Shown here: piece by piece, positions 57,460 through 64,000 of the stretch
Layout of the letters: each line of letters starts with the position of its first letter
How positions within the stretch are numbered: position 1 is the stretch's first letter
IMG/VR virus record: IMGVR_UViG_3300030329_005082
Span: 1-64,000 of that record
DNA length: 64,000 bases
Direction: 5' to 3' (one strand)
Origin: a virus
Translations under genes and position numbers: made by a program
Notes under the pieces: model-generated
What the model was told of the DNA's origin: nothing
Seen by the model: only the letters and a program-made list of their open reading frames with translations
Database searches by the model: none

Positions 57460-57789
57460 CTACCCCTTGATAGGCCAGTTGATGCCGGCTTCTCTCTCAA
57501 ATCTCTTGATAGCAATCTCAAGCTTTGCTTTTTGATTATAAGTCATTGGATCATCTAGTCCGTACTTCTTAATGAAGTCTAGGTACTTTTTTTCATTCAC
57601 CAAAGCATCAGTAAATCTTTCTACTTCTATTCTGTTGCCTTTGACCCTGACAGGGACTCTTCGTCCTTTAAACATTTTGCTCAAAAGGTACTCAATCCAC
57701 GCAGCAAAAACGTGGAGAATATTTTCGTTTAGCTCATCACCCCGAAATTGGGTAAGGTCTAAGACGTCGTTTTCAAAATCTATTTGCAC
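57460..57789 (-). CDS. Hypothetical tail-region protein
   Basis: 109 aa; ACTACTTA upstream. Confidence 0.7.
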   Translation of the reverse strand: MQIDFENDVLDLTQFRGDELNENILHVFAAWIEYLLSKMFKGRRVPVRVKGNRIEVERFTDALVNEKKYLDFIKKYGLDDPMTYNQKAKLEIAIKRFEREAGINWPIKG

Positions 57790-57817
57790 TTGCCAATACT
57801 CCTAGTCCTATGTTTAC

Positions 57818-57825
57818 TAAGTAGT
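57818..57825 (-). promoter_or_regulatory. Putative late promoter ACTACTTA
   Basis: In loop of GTTTAC-N11-GTAAAC inverted repeat, upstream of the tape measure/baseplate operon. Confidence 0.55.
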
Positions 57826-57840
57826 TTCGTAAACCAATTC

Positions 57841-58060
57841 TTACGGAGTATAGGTTCGCCCTCGTCCCTTGGAAGCAGTAGCGTTTGATTTAATTGAATC
57901 GGATTCTTTATTTTTTTGCTCTACAAGACGGTTCAAAAACCAAATACGAACACTTACTGGCAAGTTGTATGATTCAAAGAAACTCCAGCCGCCATGATAC
58001 TTTAGTTGAAAGATCTGCTCGTAAACACTTTCTATATATTCATCATTTAGGCCAAAAAAA
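57841..58060 (-). CDS. Tail assembly chaperone C-terminal extension (gp51-like), probably reached by frameshift
   Basis: FFGLNDEYIESVYEQIFQLKYHGGWSFFESYNLPVSVRIWFLNRL; no usable own start; +1 frame from the T7 run. Confidence 0.7.
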
Positions 58061-58927
58061 GTCCGCAGAGAGCGGAACCTCCATGTCCGCCGTGTGTCCG
58101 CAATTGGTGCAGACATACTCTTGTGTCATATCAATGTTAGGAACACACTCTGAATAAGCTGCCCTCAAAACTCGCGCATCTTTAGCCGGAACTGCCTGAA
58201 TGAACGCCTCTATCACCAAGGGCGAATCATTGCCGTTCACGCTGACAATGTAGCTTCGGAACATATCCGTCATTGTCCCTGTTGCTAGCTTCTTTTTCTG
58301 CTTTCTGGTGGCTTCTTTGTAAAGGCGAACCTCATCTTCTCCCGATAGCATACGACACTCTACTTGGGCGTTTGTCATTGGCAACGTAATAACCAAGGTG
58401 CCGCCACTTGTCAATGTAACATTGTGAGAGTCCATATTCTCTGTAAAAGGAGTAATATTAGGGTCGCTGATATCAAATGAAAACTCATCCGTCTGCCCGC
58501 AGCCGGGACATGTCACATTGGTCTCGTAATCTGCCCCATATCCTGTTCTTCGTGCTGCCACCAGTAGGGCATTTTTATCACCGATCAACAAGGACCCGAT
58601 GCGAACATCCTTATCAACAACTAAATTCTGAAGCATCCTGTCCAAAGCGACTCCTTCTTTTAGAAGGGCTCGGGAAGTGAGGATATCCTCCTCCTTGGCT
58701 GTCATGAACTTGATCTCTACCGACTCCTTGTTGTGGAGAGGGTGTCCGGGTTCGTAAAATCTTCCTCCACTGGGCAGTGTTACGAACTCTGTTGGCACAG
58801 ACCATGAAAATGCTGGTTGTGTATCAGGCGCACCAGCGCCTACTGTTGTTGCAACAGCAGGAGTTGGTGTATCATCTTGGGGGGTGAAATCTTCAGGAAA
58901 TCCTGTTCTATTTTCATTACGACTCAT
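58043..58927 (-). CDS. Tail assembly chaperone/baseplate hub assembly protein (T4 gp26-like)
   Basis: VTLPSGGRFY, MTAKEEDIL, CPGCG and CTNCG Zn sites; follows tube gene. Confidence 0.82.
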   Translation of the reverse strand: MSRNENRTGFPEDFTPQDDTPTPAVATTVGAGAPDTQPAFSWSVPTEFVTLPSGGRFYEPGHPLHNKESVEIKFMTAKEEDILTSRALLKEGVALDRMLQNLVVDKDVRIGSLLIGDKNALLVAARRTGYGADYETNVTCPGCGQTDEFSFDISDPNITPFTENMDSHNVTLTSGGTLVITLPMTNAQVECRMLSGEDEVRLYKEATRKQKKKLATGTMTDMFRSYIVSVNGNDSPLVIEAFIQAVPAKDARVLRAAYSECVPNIDMTQEYVCTNCGHTADMEVPLSADFFWPK

Positions 58928-58979
58928 TTGAAACCTTTCTTTTGTCTATTGTAACGTATGTTTTTGTTTCCGTTTAGAA

Positions 58980-59546
58980 TCAGTCAGCAGCGGCTGTTTG
59001 GTCGCGACCGTTTGCCTGCGTCTGAGTAAGTCTTGCCCAGTCATAAGTTACTTCTACAGTTACTTCGTTCATGTCGTCGGAAGAGTAGTCCAAACTGCCA
59101 CCAAAGTCAACAGAAGTAATGAATGGGTTAATAAGTTCCCAACGCTCAATAATGTCGCCGTTCTCATCAATCTGATCAATGAACACGGAGCCGATTTGCT
59201 CAGCGAATTGCTTCTTACTTAAGCTCAACTTGGAACGGGAAGCAGTGGTTGGGAACTTGTAGCCAGCAGCACCTAGCACATCAAGGAAAGCATAGGAAAG
59301 ATCTGGGTCTACAGGGTCTACCAAAGTAATTGAAATTGGATCCCAGGTAACTCTACCGGGATATTTGAAAGTGTGATCAACGTACTGGTGCTCAATAGTG
59401 CTAACATTTGCCTTTGGCTTGCTAGCGGTTTTGATTGTCCAGACGGGGATAGCACCCTGTCCAAGTGTGCGACTGCTAAACTTAAGTTCAAACCGAAACC
59501 TACGCTTAGGCTCAGTTCTTACGTCGTTCCAAAATAAGCTTGACAT
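58980..59546 (-). CDS. Tail tube protein (T4 gp19-like)
   Basis: EPKRRFRF, KYPGRVTWDPISITLVDPV, IIERWEL, GSLDYSSDD, VTYDWA. Confidence 0.92.
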   Translation of the reverse strand: MSSLFWNDVRTEPKRRFRFELKFSSRTLGQGAIPVWTIKTASKPKANVSTIEHQYVDHTFKYPGRVTWDPISITLVDPVDPDLSYAFLDVLGAAGYKFPTTASRSKLSLSKKQFAEQIGSVFIDQIDENGDIIERWELINPFITSVDFGGSLDYSSDDMNEVTVEVTYDWARLTQTQANGRDQTAAAD

Positions 59547-59570
59547 TATTTATCATACTCCTCAATAATA

Positions 59571-59578
59571 TAATTAGT
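59571..59578 (-). promoter_or_regulatory. Putative late promoter ACTAATTA for tube
   Basis: Intergenic, 25 nt before ATG. Confidence 0.55.
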
Positions 59579-59588
59579 CGCCTTCAAA

Positions 59589-62500
59589 TTAATCCTCAAA
59601 GGCTGCCCCACTGTTTGTAACTACAAAATCAATTGCGAAGTACTCTACAGAGCGGGTGGGCTTGACGAGTAGCTTAGCGTAAATAATGTTGCGATCAACC
59701 AAGTCAGGCGTTGTGGTTGTTTCGTCAAGAACGAGACGGAAATCATCAATACCAAACTCAGCACGAACACTCTCTAGTAATGGACCAGCCTGACCCAAGA
59801 AGCGATCCCAAGTATCTTTTGTATTAGGACCGAACAAGAGTCGGGAAGCAATGAAGGAAATCTCACGCTTCAAGTAGATCATCAAGCGACGAACGTTGAT
59901 ACGGTCTAGAGCAGAAGCTGTCTGCTGTAGTGTCTTTTGTCCGAAGATGACAATACCCTCTGCTGGGAATTTAGCGATGGGGTTGATGTTGTTCTCATAG
60001 AGTTTATCACGCTCGTCAGAGGTGAGCCTTCTTGAGACATCAAGCACGGGAAGCCCGGCTGCGCCTTCGCTAAGACCGCCACGGGTAAATCCGGCAGGAG
60101 CAAACCATGGGGCATTGATTCTGTCGGTAGAAGACAAGACACCGAGAGCAGCTACTGAGGGTGGTACCCACAAGTTCTGATTTGTGTTGGTGTCTAGGAT
60201 TCTAACCCAGGGGTAATATGCTGCACCGTAGCTGTTATTGATGCTACGAGCGGCTAGGGTATCAGCAGCCTGTGTTGCTGTGTTGGCAGCGTTGCGAGTT
60301 GCTACTGAACCAGTGTCTTCGGTGCTTGGCGTAAAGCCGTACTGAAGATCAATGATGGCTAGTGCATCGCCACGCTCTTCTGCTGCGTCAAGCAAGAAGT
60401 TTGTTACTGCTGGACGCCAGATGCCGGGAATAGTGACAGCGTTCATTTGAACGAAGTCCTTGTCGGCTGCAATGTTGACTGCCTTTCTCAAAGAGAACAA
60501 CTCGTAGGAGTCTTTCTCGTCTGTTGCAGTCATCTTAGTATTTCTAAATGGTTCGCGCTCTTTGATATTGTAGCCGTCAGAACCACCGTGTAAAGTGGTA
60601 GTAAAGCGGTCAATACCGGCAGCCAAGGCTGTCTTATATGAAGCATCGCCTGGTGCTGTCAAGCTTGTGCCAGCAGCACGGTATCCAGAACCATAGGTAT
60701 AGCCTGCGGCTGAAGAACCAGAAACATTGTCAAGGGAGAACACCCAAGAAATGGTTGTTGGATCAGAAGCCTCAAGGGCTGTTTGTTCACCCTCAACGTC
60801 ATGAGAGGTTGAAGCAGGATCAGAGTTGCTAGACACATCAAAAGAACGGATTCTCAAGCAATCTGGAATCTGAGAGTTAAAGAATGTGTCTGTGCCAGTT
60901 CTACCTGTCCATGCTCCCCAATAAGTGCTCTTTAAGCTCTTTGGTTCGCCCCAAGTTGATAGGGTGCGAAGAGGAACCGATGGGAAGGAGATAGAACCTT
61001 TGAAGCCCCCACCACCAGTGAAGTCTGGGGCATCAATATCCGTTACGCCTGACATATCAACCACTCTATTGCCGGCTGAGCCGCCTTGCTGTTGTGTAAG
61101 AGAAATAGTGGCAGACTTTCCTGCTCCACCAGGGTCTGTTACAACCGCTGTAATATTCAACGTAATTGATGCATCGTTGATAGCAGCAGCAATCTGAGTA
61201 GCAAGAACATCAGTGTTAAGATCTGCCATTCCTAGAATGCCTATGGTTCCATCAGTAACAGTGTTTACAGTTTGTTCAAAATCAAATGTCACGTCATCGC
61301 CGTTGGTATCTGTTAGGACGAAAGTGTCACCATCCAAGCCAGCCTTTGTGACGGTTGAGTTAAGGGTCATTACTGTAGTTGCCTCAAACAAGGGAACATG
61401 AAGTAGGTCACGCTGTGTTCCTTGTGAGTGTCCGATGTTGCCGTAATGATCATCAGAGCCGCCGAACAACAATGTTTGGGTGGCACCCAAAGAAGCGGAC
61501 ACTGGACCGCCTAGATCGGAGGACCAGCCACCAGAACCAGAAGCATAACCAACATCACGATACTTGAGGGGTCCCCAAACGCCGAATGGCAACCAGCGGC
61601 TCTCACCTGTGCCGGCAGCCACATCGTCATTCATGACAACACGGATAAAATTGGAACGGTTGTCATATTCACCATACTGTACAAGACGCTTCTCGCCTTG
61701 GTCGTATACTTCATATTTGTCACCGATAGCCTTGGCAATGTAATTTGCTGCGGCTGGATTCAAACTAAGCTCATCAAAGCGTTCCAGAATCACTGGGCGG
61801 CTATCAGTATCTTGTAGGTCTCGGACCAAAACTGAGAATGTGCCGAATGATTGGTAATCACCTTGTGGCGCTTTGATGTTAGAGATTGATATTTTTACAT
61901 CCCTTTGAGTCCACTCGCCGGCACTTAGTGCTTCCAAGCGGAAAAGCTTTTGCATGTTTCTTGCGAAATATGCTGCGTTGTTATTAGAAAGATCCTGGGA
62001 GATGAACCAGCCTGTGGAGGCTCTGGTTGCAGCGCCTTCAAAATCGTTTTGCTGAACTGTTCCCAAAGATGCGCTCACTGAGGCGATCATTGGAAGCATT
62101 GCAACGTAGTACCCAGCGGTGGATCCGCCGGCAAGTTCACCAATAGATGTAGAACCAGTTGCCACCAAAGAGCGTTCAAACGACTCGCCCAAGAAGTAGA
62201 TGCCACCCTGATAAAAGGTCTGTGTTGCAGCATCTGTAATTGCGCTATTAGTAATAGTTGGGTTTGTGTTGAGTGCCTTGCGGATGAAGTTCTCACTGTC
62301 AGGATTCAAACTGACTGTTACCTTGCTATTAACTGCGCTGCCGGTGAAAACTAGCGTAATATCGTCAAGGCTACTAACCTCATATACTGTTGAACCGGCT
62401 TGGGAAGTTGTCTCAGTTCCAGCAACAGTGCCGGAAACTAGAACACGCCCTGAGTCCATGTAAATTTGTGCGGCAACAGCGCCGGACAGGTGTGGACTAG

Positions 62501-62960
62501 CAGTAGCGGATGAAGATGGCCAGACACACAAAGCGTAAACACCACCATTGGCATTCATTTCTTTAGCTGTGCCGGTTATTTTAACTGGGTTGACCTTCCA
62601 ACCAGCCTTACCAGAAGCACTGGCATCAGAAGATTCGTCACCCAACACACGCATGAACGTAAGTGGTGAACTGTTTCTTAGCCAAGCCTGGGCAGCATAT
62701 GCTGCGTAAGTAGGAGCAGTGTGATTGCCTTCGCGCCACACATCGCTGTTCTCGTTGCCGGGAACAGGCTCTCCGAATGTCTGAACAAAGTCAGAAAATG
62801 AAGAAACTGTGACAGGCTTATTAGCTGGTCCCTTGCGAGATCTGCCAATAACCAAAGGCCCAACAGCACCGGGTTGTTCGGGTAGTTGGGAATTATCTAT
62901 TTCATCTATGAATACCCCTGGGGAAATAAACTTAAACTTTCTTGAAGAGTTGTCAGCCAT
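59589..62960 (-). CDS. Contractile tail sheath protein (T4 gp18-like) with insertions
   Basis: FISPGVFIDEID, YGAAYYPWV, PWFAPAGFTRG, VIFGQKTLQ, ALDRINVRRL, VEYFAIDFVV. Confidence 0.96.
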   Translation of the reverse strand: MADNSSRKFKFISPGVFIDEIDNSQLPEQPGAVGPLVIGRSRKGPANKPVTVSSFSDFVQTFGEPVPGNENSDVWREGNHTAPTYAAYAAQAWLRNSSPLTFMRVLGDESSDASASGKAGWKVNPVKITGTAKEMNANGGVYALCVWPSSSATASPHLSGAVAAQIYMDSGRVLVSGTVAGTETTSQAGSTVYEVSSLDDITLVFTGSAVNSKVTVSLNPDSENFIRKALNTNPTITNSAITDAATQTFYQGGIYFLGESFERSLVATGSTSIGELAGGSTAGYYVAMLPMIASVSASLGTVQQNDFEGAATRASTGWFISQDLSNNNAAYFARNMQKLFRLEALSAGEWTQRDVKISISNIKAPQGDYQSFGTFSVLVRDLQDTDSRPVILERFDELSLNPAAANYIAKAIGDKYEVYDQGEKRLVQYGEYDNRSNFIRVVMNDDVAAGTGESRWLPFGVWGPLKYRDVGYASGSGGWSSDLGGPVSASLGATQTLLFGGSDDHYGNIGHSQGTQRDLLHVPLFEATTVMTLNSTVTKAGLDGDTFVLTDTNGDDVTFDFEQTVNTVTDGTIGILGMADLNTDVLATQIAAAINDASITLNITAVVTDPGGAGKSATISLTQQQGGSAGNRVVDMSGVTDIDAPDFTGGGGFKGSISFPSVPLRTLSTWGEPKSLKSTYWGAWTGRTGTDTFFNSQIPDCLRIRSFDVSSNSDPASTSHDVEGEQTALEASDPTTISWVFSLDNVSGSSAAGYTYGSGYRAAGTSLTAPGDASYKTALAAGIDRFTTTLHGGSDGYNIKEREPFRNTKMTATDEKDSYELFSLRKAVNIAADKDFVQMNAVTIPGIWRPAVTNFLLDAAEERGDALAIIDLQYGFTPSTEDTGSVATRNAANTATQAADTLAARSINNSYGAAYYPWVRILDTNTNQNLWVPPSVAALGVLSSTDRINAPWFAPAGFTRGGLSEGAAGLPVLDVSRRLTSDERDKLYENNINPIAKFPAEGIVIFGQKTLQQTASALDRINVRRLMIYLKREISFIASRLLFGPNTKDTWDRFLGQAGPLLESVRAEFGIDDFRLVLDETTTTPDLVDRNIIYAKLLVKPTRSVEYFAIDFVVTNSGAAFED

Positions 62961-63025
62961 TGAAAATCCTTCTCCTCGTTGTAAAAACGCTATTATACTA
63001 GCATAGACATACTAAATGCTACTAA

Positions 63026-63033
63026 TAAATAGT
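63026..63033 (-). promoter_or_regulatory. Putative late promoter ACTATTTA for sheath
   Basis: Embedded in GCTACTA-TTTAT-TAGTAGC inverted repeat. Confidence 0.55.
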
Positions 63034-63072
63034 AGCTGATAAATCCAAACACCCACCAATATCCTTTTATGA

Positions 63073-63954
63073 TTAGCGTCTATATTTATCTTTTCTTCTC
63101 GCATGAAACTCTGGCTCATCCTGAACCACTGTTCTCTCTCGTCCAATCACCACTTCTGCGGCGGATTCAACCACTGCAACAGATGGTGTTTCTTGGTTCT
63201 TATCAGCGCCAATTATGTGCCCCAAAACCTTTACAGTGACAGTTGACTTAAACACTCTCTCATCTGTGTTTAGTGCGGCATTATTACTCTCATTCCCAAA
63301 GTCTGGATCCACAAAAGCTTCATAAGTGTTGCCCTGGTGAGTAATATTGAAAACCGCAGGCGTGGAGAATGTTGATAAGAAGGGTGCCAACATCTGATTC
63401 ATCTGTTGCTGGTAGTTAGAAATCAACTTAATTTGGTAGACCATCTCCACAAATGTTGGATTAGGAACAAACAGAGTCTCATACACAATTTTTTCGTTTT
63501 CAAATGGGAAAGTATTATAATTTGTATTTGTTCCATTTCCGAACACCCTAAGAGAAGTTGCGTTTGCTCGGTCTCTGGTTTTTTCCTGCTGTACCTGGCG
63601 TGCAATAGGGATGCTTCCGCCTTTTTTATAAAAATCAAAGTATGGCGGGATGTAAACACCATAGCGACCTTTGTTCTGAGGGTTTTTTGTCAAAGATGTT
63701 CTAACCAAAGAGATGATTGGGTACTCTAGAGAGCGACCATTCTCTCTTAACTCTTGTTGGTTCTTTATTTGAAACGCTCTTTCTGCGCCGGCAAATATTA
63801 CAGGGACTTTCTTGAAGCCATCATTTGTATCACAGAAGACATTTAGAGAATCATTTACATAGTTGAAAAGCGCAGTATCTATATCCTCTAAGGTTGAGGG
63901 GTTCAGACTGTAATCTGCTTTCAAATCTTGATCTAACTTTGTATTCTTAGGCAT
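63073..63954 (-). CDS. Tail terminator/completion protein (gp15-like)
   Basis: LEDIDTALF, KVPVIF, YPIISL, MNQMLAPF, VKVLGHII; precedes sheath. Confidence 0.7.
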   Translation of the reverse strand: MPKNTKLDQDLKADYSLNPSTLEDIDTALFNYVNDSLNVFCDTNDGFKKVPVIFAGAERAFQIKNQQELRENGRSLEYPIISLVRTSLTKNPQNKGRYGVYIPPYFDFYKKGGSIPIARQVQQEKTRDRANATSLRVFGNGTNTNYNTFPFENEKIVYETLFVPNPTFVEMVYQIKLISNYQQQMNQMLAPFLSTFSTPAVFNITHQGNTYEAFVDPDFGNESNNAALNTDERVFKSTVTVKVLGHIIGADKNQETPSVAVVESAAEVVIGRERTVVQDEPEFHARRKDKYRR

Positions 63955-64000
63955 ACTAAAAATTCCTATGCTTTCTTGTGTTGTCCGCCGAGATTCCCAG

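Noticed and set aside
58061-58116. Track start ATG 58116 for the 91-aa ORF
   Set aside because: It lies inside the gp26-like CDS with no SD, and the first 19 residues look like off-frame sequence. Frameshift entry is more plausible.

Overview
This is a 64 kb segment of a large lytic dsDNA phage with a contractile tail (T4-like/jumbo myovirus, standard genetic code). Essentially every real gene is on the minus strand; the long plus-strand ORFs in the track are antisense shadows. In the direction of transcription (high to low coordinates) the window holds: (1) a tail module of terminator, 1123-aa sheath, tube, gp26-like assembly chaperone with a probable programmed frameshift, tape measure, tube initiator, LysM-like wedge and hub (49.8-64 kb); (2) a replication and nucleotide module with a minimal PolA-like polymerase, divergent tubulin, gp32-like SSB, RecA, deaminase, 5'-3' exonuclease, DnaB, class II RNR, GroES, a DUF2827-like glycosyltransferase, DnaE, dUTPase and a PLP aminotransferase (32-49.8 kb); (3) an accessory region with many small KOW/SH3-like genes, FtsH, a DenV-like glycosylase, IMPDH/GMPR, a sigma70 region-4 protein, a putative endolysin, Dam, an outer-membrane barrel, GroEL, ClpP, SLT, nucleases, a zinc-knuckle protein, a second methylase, an Hc1-like protein, FKBP and a MoxR-VWA/metallopeptidase pair (1-32 kb). 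Two promoter classes are visible: sigma70-type promoters with an invariant 16-bp spacer, and an ACTAnnTA motif before late genes. No tRNA, CRISPR array, integrase or intein was found. Family assignments come from motif recognition by eye, not from database searches.
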